The translations under genes were made by a program, and so were the position numbers. Source: Cyanophora paradoxa CCMP329 (lineage: Eukaryota > Plantae > Glaucophyta). From it: 64,000 nucleotides of DNA. This document shows, one piece after another, positions 1-11,937 of the stretch. Location: the NCBI GenBank assembly GCA_004431415.1, contig QPMI01000180.1, forward strand, positions 62,001 to 126,000, in the 5' to 3' direction. The notes under the pieces were generated by a model. The model ran no database searches, had not been told where the DNA came from, and worked only from the letters and a program-made list of their open reading frames with translations. Each line of letters opens with the position of its first letter. Within the stretch, counting starts at the first letter, position 1.

Positions 1-2761
1 CGGCCGCGTACTCCCAGACCGGCAAAGCTGTCTCACGGACCCGATTCCCCGGCAGGGCGGGCGCTGCCCACGCAGGCCTCCGGTGCCTCCTCGTCGCCGT
101 CCTCAGCTGCCGAGCAGCAGTTCGTCTTCGATCCGAATGACACGCCCGCCGGCGGTGCGCCCCGCGGGGCCCCGATGCGCGCTTCGGATCTAATCACGGT
201 GCGCTGGCAGGCTTCTTCCAGATGGCGAGGGAGGTTAGCTCGCTGCCCGAGGTCTTCGAGCGCTGCGCCGAGATGTACGGCACGGCCCCGGCGATCACCG
301 ACCCCCACCGGGAAGAGGCGGCCAAGCTCAACTACAAGGAGGTCCGCGGCGCGGGGGGCGCGGGGCGCGCGCGCGCGCCGGACCGCGCTGACGGCGGGCA
401 GCTGAACGAGCTGATCACGCGCTTTGCGTCGGGCCTGAGCGCGATGGGCGTGAAGGCCGGGGACAAGGTTGCGCTCTTCGCGGAGAACAGCGCCCGCTGG
501 CTCGTCGCCGACCAGGGGACGATGCGCGCGGGGGCCGTCAACGCCGTCCGCGGCGCCACCGCCCCCATCGACGAGCTCGAGTACATCTACGAGCACAGGT
601 CCGCCCTCGCCCCGCCCCGCCCCCGCCCGCGCCGCCCCGGCCGCCGGCGTGACGCGGGTCCGCCCCGGGTCGCGCCGCAGCGAGAGCACGGGCCTGATCA
701 TAGAGAACGAGGCGGCGCTGGGGCGGCTGGCGCCGCTGCTGGCGGCGGCCCCGCGGCAGCCGGCGTTCGTGGTGGTGCTCTGGGGCAAGCCCCAGGGCCC
801 GCTGCCTGGCCTGGGCAACACGCCCGTCCTCTCCTACGACGAGCTCCTCGCCCGCGGCTACGCGGCCCCCTTCGCGGCGCCCAAGCTCCGCGAGTCGGAC
901 GTCGCGACGCTGATCTACACGTCGGGGACGACGGGCAAGCCCAAGGGCGTGCAGCTGACGCAGGGGAACATCCTCTCCCAGGTGCGCTACATCATCTCGA
1001 TCAAGACGGTGTCGCCGGGCGACCGGACGCTGGCGCTGCTGCCCACGTGGCACGTGTACGAGCGGACGGCGGAGTACTACTTCCTCTCGCGCGGCTGCCA
1101 CATGATCTACACGAACATCAGCAAGTTCCGGGACGACCTCGTGGAGTACAAGCCGCAGTACTTCGCCGCCGTCCCGCGCGTGCTCGAGCGCTTCTACCAG
1201 ACCGTCGAGCAGAAGATCAAGCGCAACCCTAAGGCCCAGAAGCTCTTCGCCTTCTTCTTCCGCTTCTCCCTCATGCGCGCTCCTCGCCGCCCCGCTCGTC
1301 TGTCGGCGCGCTGAGGCGGGGGCGGGGGCCGGGGCAGGTTCGTGCAGGCGCGGCGGACGTGGACCGCCCTCGTCATGGCCCACCGCCTCCCCTCCCTCTT
1401 CGAGCGGGCGCGCCCTCCCCCTCCCTTGTCCGCGCGCGCTCGGCTGAGGCCGGGGCGGGCGGGCGCAGCTCTCGGCGCTGGTGAGGATGCTGCTGCTGTG
1501 GCCGCTGCACGCCGTGGCGGACGCGCTCGTGTACAAGAAGATCCGGGAGGGCCTGGGGGGCGAGTTCCGCATGGCGATCTGCGGGGGCGGGGCCCTCGCG
1601 GCCTTCCTCGACGACTTCTACGAGGTCGTCGGCGTCCCCATCCTCATCGGCTACGGCCTCACCGAAACGGCGCCGACCCTCACCGCCCGCCGCGAGGTCG
1701 CCAACGTCGCCTACAGCGCCGGCCTCCCCGTCCCCGGCACCCAGGCGCGCCCGCCCCCGACCCCGCCCCGCATTCCCTCCTCCTATCCCCCGGCGAGCGG
1801 GGCGGGCGGGCGGGGCGCAGGTGCGAGTGGTGGACCCGGAGACGCTGGCGCCGGTGGAGGCCGGGGCGACGGGCCTCGTGGTGGCGCGGGGCCCGCAGGT
1901 GATGGCCGGCTACTACAAGGACCCCGAGGCGACCGCCAAAGTCCTCGACGCCGACGGCTGGTTCAACACGGGCGACCGCGGCTGGGTCACCCCCGGCGGG
2001 CACCTCGTCATCACGGGGCGGTACAAGGACATCATCGTGCTGAGCAACGGGGAGAACATCGAGCCGGCGGCGGTGGAGGACGTGCTCATCCGGAGCGAGC
2101 TGATCGACCAGGTGGTGCTGGTGGGGCAGGACCAGAAGAGCCTCGGCGCCCTCGTCGTCCCCAACCTCGACGCCCTCCGCCGCGTCCGCCCCCTTCCCCC
2201 CTCTGCCACGCTACGCTGTGCTTTGCTCTGAGCGGGCGCGGGGGCGGGGGCAGTGGGCGCGGGGGTCGGGGGGCGGGGCGAGCTCGAGCGGGCACGCGCG
2301 GGAGGACGTGAAGGCCGTCGTCCAGTCCCTCGGGCCCAACCCGGGCGTGACGTCCGCCTGCCCCTCCCGCCGCAGGCCCGCCCCGCCCCGGCCTCACCCG
2401 CGCCCGCCCGCCCCCGCGCAGCCCCGAGCAGGTCGACCGGCTCTTCGAGACGGAGATCGCCAAGTGCGCCCCCGCGCCGCGGGAGAAGGGGCGGGGCGGG
2501 GCGGGGCCGAGCGCGGGGCGGGGCGGGGCGCAGGCTGGTGAGGACGAAGGCGTCGTTCCGGCCGGACGAGAAGATCGGGGCCTTCCGGCTCGTGCCCGAG
2601 CCCTTCACGATGGAGAACGGCCTCATGACGCAGACTCTCAAGATCAAGCGCAACGAGGCCCGCCGCCCGCCCGCCCGCTGCCCCGCCCCCGGCGCGGCCT
2701 GAGCCCGCGCGCGCAGGTGTACGACCGCTACGAGGCCCTCATCCGCGAGATGTACGAGTAG
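1..2761 (+). CDS. Long-chain acyl-activating enzyme, cyanobacterial acyl-ACP synthetase (Aas) / plant plastid AAE15-like; multi-exon, 5' end before the window
   Basis: Spliced exons give GDKVALFAENSARWLVADQG, the AMP-binding motif LIYTSGTTGKPKGV, GYGLTET, RGPQVMAGYYKDPEAT, GWFNTGD, TGRYKDIIVLSNGENIEP, VGQDQKSLGALVVPN and EPFTMENGLMTQTLKIKR. About 10 introns of ~55-85 nt; stop TAG at 2759-2761. Confidence 0.92.
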
Positions 2762-4475
2762 CCCCGGCCGCCCGCGGACCCCCGCGCCCCGGCCCCGGCG
2801 CCGACCGGCCCGCCGCTTTCACGCTTTCCGTTTCGCTCGCTCTCCTTTTTTCGTTGAAATGACGCCCATACACGAACCCCTGCCCGAGTGCCCTGCTCGG
2901 CTGCTGGCCATGAGTTAGGAGGGGCAGTTGCATGCGCGGCAGGTATGCATGCCCCTTCCCAGGTTAACGTTCCGTGCGGTTCTCGCAACTTCAGGCCGGC
3001 CGCGGGGCGCTTCTGTGGGGCGCTTTACTGTGCCGGGAAGGCTGCCGCAGTGCATCAGACGATCTTGGGAGCTTCGGAAGCTTAAGCATCATGGCATGTC
3101 AAGCGTTCGGTTGGCGAAATCGATCGGCTAACTACGATCGCCCAGAACTGGGCACGGTGGAAATGATTCTACGGATCTAGATGGAGCCGGAGCGGCTCTT
3201 CAGGAGGTCTGGAAGGAAGACTGCCGCGAGGCACCCCATTCCCTTGAAGAAGTGGCCTCGCTTCTTTGCCGAATGGAAGAAGAATCCTTCCGCGACCAGG
3301 TTTGCGCTGGCCACCACCCGCACGACAGTAGCAGCTCGGCCCGCATCCGCGCTCTACCAACCGAACCGTTGAAGGAAGTCAATCGCGTCGCGTAGCAAAC
3401 GGGAGTGAGGGGGAAGACGGGCCTGCGAACCGAACGAAAGCGGCGGCGTAAATTTTCTGCGAACGAAGCAAGTAGGGGCGCAGAAAGAAGGCAGTCTGAC
3501 GCGCCTGCTCGATTGCCTTTCCGCGCGCCTCGCCGCGCGCCTCGCCGCGCGCCTCGCCGCGCGCCTCGCCGCGCTTCTCGGCAGCACGAATCGCCTTCTG
3601 TGATGGGGGTTGTTGAGGGAGAGCGCTGACGGGAAAGCGCAGATGAAGCTAAGCGCAACCGCACCTGCACTTCGGGATTGTCGAGGAGGGCGGGCGCCCG
3701 GGGCTTGAGGTGACTCGGCATTGCCTCTTCTGGTGTTTCCTCCAATCTGGGAGGCCAGAATAGTGAGAAAGGCGACTCGGCGGACAGGAGGTCGCTGCGG
3801 GCGCTGACCAGGCAAAGATGTCTCGGAGGGTGTGTAGAAACGCCCTTCGCTCTCTCCTGATGGGCTGGAAAAGAGCGGAGGGCAGTTTTCTCAGCTTTTC
3901 TGGAAGTCGGGTGTACGTAGTTTGCGATCAATCCCCCGGCTAATTTGCAACAATCGGCCTTGATGTGCATGCCCCTCGCGCTCGCGTCCACGCGCGGCGC
4001 GCCCTGTTCGGGGGCGCCCGCCAGGCCCAGAGACCCCCGAGCGCCCGGCCTCGCCCGCCCACGCCCTCAGTCCCTAGACGCCGGCCGCCTCTCCCCGAGG
4101 TGCCCTTCGGCGCGAGAGTGCGCTAGCGCTGGTCGGCTTTCCAGTGCTGACTTCGCGCAGGCGCGATCGGATCCTCGCGCGGGACGCTTGCGTCGCGGAG
4201 CTGGCGCGGGCAGCTGCAGCGCGAAACGCTTTGGACGACCTCCCCTCAGCACTGCCGGCGCCGCTGGACCGCCTGATCCACTTCGCCTTCCGCCCAGCTG
4301 CAGCCGCTGCGCCTTCCGTCTGCTGGCACGCTGACGGACAGGCGACCGCTGCGCCCGTCTGCAACCTAGCGCTCTGACCTCGGCCTCCTCTCCCGCCCCG
4401 CCCGCGCCCGCCTCCCCACCTCTAGCAGCCGCCCGCCGCCGCCGCAGCGCGGCCAGGCCCACCGCCGGGTCAGAT

Positions 4476-4618
4476 CCAGCTGGCGTGCATCGTGGCGGCG
4501 CTGTGCCACGACCTGAGGCATCCGGGGACCACGAACGCCTTCCAGCGCGAGTCCCAGTCCCCCGTCTTCCTCGCCTACGGCGCCGTCTCCACCCTCGAGA
4601 AGATGCACGTGCGCGCCG
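4476..4618 (+). pseudogene. Captured PDE HD-motif exon fragment (inverted copy of about 13433-13575); second copy at 8488-8630
   Basis: Encodes QLACIVAALCHDLRHPGTTNAFQRESQSPVFLAYGAVSTLEKMH plus the GTGCGCG donor; nearly identical to the reverse complement of the downstream PDE exon. Confidence 0.88.
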
Positions 4619-5344
4619 CGCGGTGGTGGCGGTGGTGGCCCCGAGGCCGCCTCGGGCCCCTGCAGGCCGTTCCCGCGGAGCGCGCCGCTGCCGGCCTCCT
4701 GCGCGCCCTCGTCGAGTACTGCCACCGCCTCGCCGTCCGCCCCGCCCCGCCCCGCCCCGCCCTGCTCCGCCCCGCCCCGCCGGCTTGAGGGCTGACGTGC
4801 AGCGCCCGGCAGGTGGAGGAGCGGGCGCTCGAGAGGAGGGGGCGCCCTCGGCCTCGGGGGCGCTGGCCGAGGAGGCGCTGGAGGGGCGCCGGGGCGAGCT
4901 GAGCGCGGCTCCCGACGACGAGCTCATGTTCGGCTCACGCGACGAGCTTCTCCGCCGCCCGCGGCTCACGCTTCGACAGCGAGCTCATGTTCGGCGTTCC
5001 CTGCGCCGACGCCGCCGCCGACGCCGCCTGCCGCGCATCCAACTCCCTCGCCGAGGCACGACCGGGCCCCGCCCGCCGCCGCCGCGCCGCGCGCAGCCAA
5101 CGCCGCTTTGCAGGGCGGGCGCTGGCGCTCTTTGTGTGGCAGGCGGGGATGCTCGCGGGCGCGCTTGCCGCCGCCCTCGCGCCGGGGCCGCGTGACCCGC
5201 GGGGGCGCACCTCGCGCCGTGCCGGCGCTGGCGGAGGGCACCCTTGCCGCCGGCCTCGCCCGCGCGGACGCCCTTCTCGACGCCCACACCGCCGCCCCCG
5301 CCCCCGCCCCCGCCTTCGCCCGCCGGCAGCCGAAGTCGCCCGCC

Positions 5345-6797
5345 GTGGACTGCGCTCGTCATGGCCCACCGCCTCCCCTCCCTCTTCGAGCGGGCGCGCC
5401 CGCCGCCGCGCGCCCTCCCCCTCTCTTGTCCGCGCGCTCTCGGCTGAGGCCGGGGCGGGCGGGCGGGCGGGCGCAGCTCTCGGCGCTGGTGAGGATGCTG
5501 CTGCTGTGGCCGCTGCACGCCGTGGCGGACGCGCTCGTGTACAAGAAGATCCGGGAGGGCCTGGGGGGGCGAGTTCCGCATGGCGATCTGCGGGGGCGGG
5601 GCCCTCGCGGCCTTCCTCGACGACTTCTACGAGGTCGTCGGCGTCCCCATCCTCATCGGCTACGGCCTCACCGAGACGGCGCCGACCCTCACCGCCCGCC
5701 GCGAGGTCGCCAACGTCGCCTACAGCGCCGGCCTCCCCGTCCCCGGCACCCAGGCGCGCCCGCCCCCGACCCCGCCCCGCATTCCCTCCTCCTATCCCCC
5801 GGCGAGCGGGGCGGCGGGCGGGGCGCAGGTGCGGGTGGTGGACCCGGAGACGCTGGCGCCGGTGGAGGCCGGGGCGACGGGCCTCGTGGTGGCGCGGGGC
5901 CCGCAGGTGATGGCCGGCTACTACAAGGACCCCGAGGCGACCGCCAAAGTCCTCGACGCCGACGGCTGGTTCAACACGGGCGACCGCGGCTGGGTCACCC
6001 CCGGCGGGCACCTCGTCATCACGGGGCGGTACAAGGACATCATCGTGCTGAGCAACGGGGAGAACATCGAGCCGGCGGCGGTGGAGGACGTGCTCATCCG
6101 GAGCGAGCTGATCGACCAGGTGGTGCTGGTGGGGCAGGACCAGAAGAGCCTCGGCGCCCTCGTCGTCCCCAACCTCGACGCCCTCCGCCGCGTCCGCCCT
6201 CTTTCCTCCCCTCCCCTCCCCTCCCCTCCGCTACGCTCTGCTCTGCTCTGAGCGGGCGGGGCCGGGGGCGGGGGCAGTGGGCGCGGGAGTCGGGGGGCGG
6301 GGCGAGCTCGAGCGGGCACGCGCGGGAGGACGTCAAGGCCGTCGTCCAGTCCCTCGGGCCCAACCCGGGCGTGACGTCCGCCTGCCCCCCCCGCCCCCCC
6401 CGCCCGCCGCAGGCCCGCCCCGCCGCGGCCTCACCCGCGCCGGCCCGCCCCCGCGCAGCCCCGAGCAGGTCGACCGGCTCTTCGAGACGGAGATCGCCAA
6501 GTGCGCCCCCGCGCCGCGGGAGAAGGGGCGGGGCGGGGCGGGGCCGAGCGCGGGGCGGGGCGGGGCGCAGGCTGGTGAGGACGAAGGCGTCGTTCCGGCC
6601 GGACGAGAAGATCGGGGCCTTCCGGCTCGTGCCCGAGCCCTTCACGATGGAGAACGGCCTCATGACGCAGACCCTCAAGATCAAGCGCAACGAGGCCCGC
6701 CTCCCGCCCGCTGCCCCGCCCCCCGGCGGGGCCCGAGCCCGCGCGCGCGCAGGTGTACGACCGCTACGAGGCCCTCATCCGCGAGATGTACGAGTAG
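5345..6797 (+). pseudogene. 5'-truncated Aas copy 2
   Basis: Lacks the N-terminal exons including the AMP-binding motif. A 7-G run (6 G in copy 1) at ~5563-5569 shifts the frame at GLGGEF. Confidence 0.85.
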
Positions 6798-9357
6798 CCC
6801 CGGCCGCCCGCGGACCCCCGCGCCCCGGCCCCGGCGCCGACCGGCCCGCCGCTTTCACGCTTTCCGTTTCGCTCGCTCTCCTTTTTTCGTTGAAATGACG
6901 CCCATACACGAACCCCTGCCCGAGTGCCCTGCTCGGCTGCTGGCCATGAGTTAGGAGGGGCAGTTGCATGCGCGGCAGGTATGCATGCCCCTTCCCAGGT
7001 TAACGTTCCGTGCGGTTCTCGCAACTTCAGGCCGGCCGCGGGGCGCTTCTGTGGGGCGCTTTACTGTGCCGGGAAGGCTGCCGCAGTGCATCAGACGATC
7101 TTGGGAGCTTCGGAAGCTTAAGCATCATGGCATGTCAAGCGTTCGGTTGGCGAAATCGATCGGCTAACTACGATCGCCCAGAACTGGGCACGGTGGAAAT
7201 GATTCTACGGATCTAGATGGAGCCGGAGCGGCTCTTCAGGAGGTCTGGAAGGAAGACTGCCGCGAGGCACCCCATTCCCTTGAAGAAGTGGCCTCGCTTC
7301 TTTGCCGAATGGAAGAAGAATCCTTCCGCGACCAGGTTTGCGCTGGCCACCACCCGCACGACAGTAGCAGCTCGGCCCGCATCCGCGCTCTACCAACCGA
7401 ACCGTTGAAGGAAGTCAATCGCGTCGCGTAGCAAACGGGAGTGAGGGGGAAGACGGGCCTGCGAACCGAACGAAAGCGGCGGCGTAAATTTTCTGCGAAC
7501 GAAGCAAGTAGGGGCGCAGAAAGAAGGCAGTCTGACGCGCCTGCTCGATTGCCTTTCCGCGCGCCTCGCCGCGCGCCTCGCCGCGCTTCTCGGCAGCGCG
7601 AATCGCCTTCTGTGATGGGGGTTGTTGAGGGAGAGCGCTGACGGGAAAGCGCAGATGAAGCTAAGCGCAACCGCACCTGCACTTCGGGATTGTCGAGGAG
7701 GGCGGGCGCCCGGGGCTTGAGGTGACTCGGCATTGCCTCTTCTGGTGTTTCCTCCAATCTGGGAGGCCAGAATAGTGAGAAAGGCGACTCGGCGGACAGG
7801 AGGTCGCTGCGGGCGCTGACCAGGCAAAGATGTCTCGGAGGGTGTGTAGAAACGCCCTTCGCTCTCTCCTGATGGGCTGGAAAAGAGCGGAGGGCAGTTT
7901 TCTCAGCTTTTCTGGAAGTCGGGTGTACGTAGTTTGCGATCAATCCCCCGGCTAATTTGCAACAATCGGCCTTGATGTGCATGCCCCTCGCGCTCGCGTC
8001 CACGCGCGGCGCGCCCTGTTCGGGGGCGCCCGCCAGGCCCAGAGACCCCCGAGCGCCCGGCCTCGCCCGCCCACGCCCTCAGTCCCTAGACGCCGGCCGC
8101 CTCTCCCCGAGGTGCCCTTCGGCGCGAGAGTGCGCTAGCGCTGGTCGGCTTTCCAGTGCTGACTTCGCGCAGGCGCGATCGGATCCTCGCGCGGGACGCT
8201 TGCGTCGCGGAGCTGGCGCGGGCAGCTGCAGCGCGAAACGCTTTGGACGACCTCCCCTCAGCACTGCCGGCGCCGCTGGACCGCCTGATCCACTTCGCCT
8301 TCCGCCCAGCTGCAGCCGCTGCGCCTTCCGTCTGCTGGCACGCTGACGGACAGGCGACCGCTGCGCCCGTCTGCAACCTAGCGCTCTGACCTCGGCCTCC
8401 TCTCCCGCCCCGCCCGCGCCCGCCTCCCCACCTCTAGCAGCCGCCCGCCGCCGCCGCAGCGCGGCCAGGCCCACCGCCGGGTCAGATCCAGCTGGCGTGC
8501 ATCGTGGCGGCGCTGTGCCACGACCTGAGGCATCCGGGGACCACGAACGCCTTCCAGCGCGAGTCCCAGTCCTTCGTCTTCCTCGCCTACGGCGCCGTCT
8601 CCACCCTCGAGAAGATGCACGTGCGCGCCGCGCGGTGGTGGCGGTGGTGGCCCCGAGGCCGCCTCGGGGCCCTGCAGGCCGTTCCCGCGGAGCGCGCCGC
8701 TGCCGGCCTCCTGCGCGCCCTCGTCGAGTACTGCCACCGCCTCGCCGTCCGCCCCGCCCCGCCCCGCCCCGCCCTGCTCCGCCCCGCCCCGCCGGCTTGA
8801 GGGCTGACGTGCAGCGCCCGGCAGGTGGAGGAGCGGGCGCTCGAGAGGAGGGGGCGCCCTCGGCCTCGGGGGCGCTGGCCGAGGAGGCGCTGGAGGGGCG
8901 CCGGGGCGAGCTGAGCGCGGCTCCCGACGACGAGCTCATGTTCGGCTCACGCGACGAGCTTCTCCGCCGCCCGCGGCTCACGCTTCGACAGCGAGCTCAT
9001 GTTCGGCGTTCCCTGCGCCGACGCCGCCGCCGACGCCGCCTGCCGCGCATCCAACTCCCTCGCCGAGGCACGACCGGGCCCCGCCCCGCCGCCGCCGCGC
9101 CGCGCGCAGCCAACGCCGCTTTGCAGGGCGGGCGCTGGCGCTCTTTGTGTGGCAGGCGGGGATGCTCGCGGGCGCGCTTGCCGCCGCCCTCGCGCCGGGG
9201 CCGCGTGACCCCGCGGGGGCGCACCTCGCGCCGTGCCGGCGCTGGCGGAGGGCACCCTTGCCGCCGGCCTCGCCCGCGCGGACGCCCTTCTCGACGCCCA
9301 CACCGCCGCCCCCGCCCCCGCCCCCGCCTTCGCCCGCCGGCAGCCGAAGTCGCCCGC

Positions 9358-10798
9358 CGTGGACTGCGCTCGTCATGGCCCACCGCCTCCCCTCCCTCTT
9401 CGAGCGGGCGCGCCCGCCGCCGCGCGCCCTCCCCCTCTCTTGTCCGCGCGCTCTCGGCTGAGGCCGGGGCGGGCGGGCGGGCGGGCGCAGCTCTCGGCGC
9501 TGGTGAGGATGCTGCTGCTGTGGCCGCTGCACGCCGTGGCGGACGCGCTCGTGTACAAGAAGATCCGGGAGGGCCTGGGGGGGCGAGTTCCGCATGGCGA
9601 TCTGCGGGGGCGGGGCCCTCGCGGCCTTCCTCGACGACTTCTACGAGGTCGTCGGCGTCCCCATCCTCATCGGCTACGGCCTCACCGAGACGGCGCCGAC
9701 CCTCACCGCCCGCCGCGAGGTCGCCAACGTCGCCCACAGCGCCGGCCTCCCCGTCCCCGGCACCCAGGCGCGCCCGCCCCCGACCCCGCCCCGCATTCCC
9801 TCCTCCTATCCCCCGGCGAGCGGGGCGGCGGGCGGGGCGCAGGTGCGGGTGGTGGACCCGGAGACGCTGGCGCCGGTGGAGGCCGGGGCGACGGGCCTCG
9901 TGGTGGCGCGGGGCCCGCAGGTGATGGCCGGCTACTACAAGGACCCCGAGGCGACCGCCAAAGTCCTCGACGCCGACGGCTGGTTCAACACGGGCGACCG
10001 CGGCTGGGTCACCCCCGGCGGGCACCTCGTCATCACGGGGCGGTACAAGGACATCATCGTGCTGAGCAACGGGGAGAACATCGAGCCGGCGGCGGTGGAG
10101 GACGTGCTCATCCGGAGCGAGCTGATCGACCAGGTGGTGCTGGTGGGGCAGGACCAGAAGAGCCTCGGCGCCCTCGTCGTCCCCAACCTCGACGCCCTCC
10201 GCCGCGTCCGCCCTCTTTCCTCCCTCCCCTCCCTCCCCTCCGCTACGCTCTGCTCTGCTCTGAGCGGGCGGGGCCGGGGCGGGGCAGTGGGCGCGGGGTC
10301 GGGGGCGGGGCGAGCTCGAGCGGGCACGCGCGGGAGGACGTCAAGGCCGTCGTCCAGTCCCTCGGCCCAACCCGGGCGTCAGGTCCGCCCCCCCGCCCCC
10401 CCGCCCGCCGCAGGCCCGCCCCGCCGCGGCCTCACCCGCGCCGGCCCGCCCCCGCGCAGCCCCGAGCAGGTCGACCGGCTCTTCGAGACGGAGATCGCCA
10501 AGTGCGCCCCCGCGCCGCGGGAGAAGGGGCGGGGCGGGGCGGGGCCGAGCGCGGGGCGGGGCGGGGCGCAGGCTGGTGAGGACGAAGGCGTCGTTCCGGC
10601 CGGACGAGAAGATCGGGGCCTTCCGGCTCGTGCCCGAGCCCTTCACGATGGAGAACGGCCTCATGACGCAGACCCTCAAGATCAAGCGCAACGAGGCCCG
10701 CCGCCCGCCCGCCCGCTGCCCGGCCCCCGGCGCGCCTGACCCCGCGCGCGCAGGTCTACGACCGCTACGAGGCCCTCATCCGCGAGATGTACGAGTAG
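9358..10798 (+). pseudogene. 5'-truncated Aas copy 3
   Basis: Same truncation and same +1 G as copy 2, a Y>H change in NVAYS, and a diverged 3' flank. Confidence 0.85.
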
Positions 10799-11937
10799 CT
10801 TCGGCCCGCGGACCCCCGCGCCCCGACGTCGACCAGCCCGCCGCTTTCACGTTTTCCGTTTCGCTCGCTCTCCTTTTTTTGTTGAAATGACGCCCATGCA
10901 CGAACCCCTGCCGCAGTGCGCTGCTGGGCTGCTGGGCTGCTGGGCTACGAGGGGCCGTGGCCAGTTGCATGCGCGGCATGCACATGCATGCCCCCCTCCC
11001 AGGGTCCATGCGCGCGGTTCCCCGGGGGCGCTATGAGGCTTCGAATTGCGGCCAATGTTTCCGATATAGATCGCGAGGATCAGCGAGCTAGGGGCGGCGG
11101 CCGCGGCGGGCCCGGGGCGCACGGGCGGGGGCAGTGGGGGCCGGGGCGCATTGCGGCACGCAGGGAATTCGAATGGCATCCTCCTCATCTTCCAGAGCGA
11201 GCCTCGGAGCAGGCTAGCGCGTATTCCCCCTGGCTGGCCCAGGGCCTGGTCCGATTCCGGGGATCGGTGCCCTTGCAGATCTAGGCGTCGACGTCGATGC
11301 ATATTTAAAAGATGAACTCGGAAGCGGAACCTCGAGGCGCTCATGATCACGGGGCTCCTGGCTGCCAGCCTGCTGTTCTTCTGGATCTTGTGAAGAAACT
11401 TTGAAATGTAAACAGCCGCTGAGCCTCAGGGCCTGATCATCGGATCATGAGCAAGTGTCAAAGTGTAAACTTTAGATCTAGCACGTAGAAGCCTTGAAGT
11501 GTGCTTCAAGGCTTCGAGTCGAGCGACGTCTGGCGGCTGATCATGAGACCAGGGTCGCTTGAGAGGCCCTGAGGCTCGGATCCGGAGTATAAGGCTGTCT
11601 TTATGGTATCATTGTACATGTATCATCAGTATCGTAAGTATGTATCGCATGAAGGCGTCTTCAGTACTACGGTAAGAGCGCCAAGGTCATCTTCAGTATA
11701 CGTAAGGACTTGAAAAGACTACGGAAGCTTCGCGAATAGTGCCGCGCTCGCTAGGTCGGCGAGACGCTCAGCTGCCGGCTCGCTGAGGTCGATTTATGCT
11801 GTCTCCGCGGACCGGGCCGTGCCGGGTGGCACGGGGTGCATGTGGGGTGGGCCGATGGCGAGGGCGGAAGGGGCTCCTTGGAAGGGGAGGGGGAAGAGGG
11901 CGGCGGGACGCTGGGCGGGGCGGGGCGGGGCGGGGCC

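Larger units (their letters stand above)
1358..10990 (+). repeat. ~4.0 kb head-to-tail tandem repeat: 3' half of the Aas gene x3, separated by two copies of a ~2.4 kb mosaic segment (about 2964-5344 and 7000-9357)
   Basis: CTCGTCATGGCCCACCGCCTC recurs at ~1369, ~5356 and ~9369. The ORF track repeats at +4036/+4012 (e.g. 3181 and 7217, 3945 and 7957). Copies differ by SNPs and indels. Confidence 0.95.

Noticed and set aside
1-2761. Bacterial contamination or recent HGT of aas
   Set aside because: The gene has host-style spliceosomal introns and an N-terminal extension, consistent with ancient endosymbiotic transfer.
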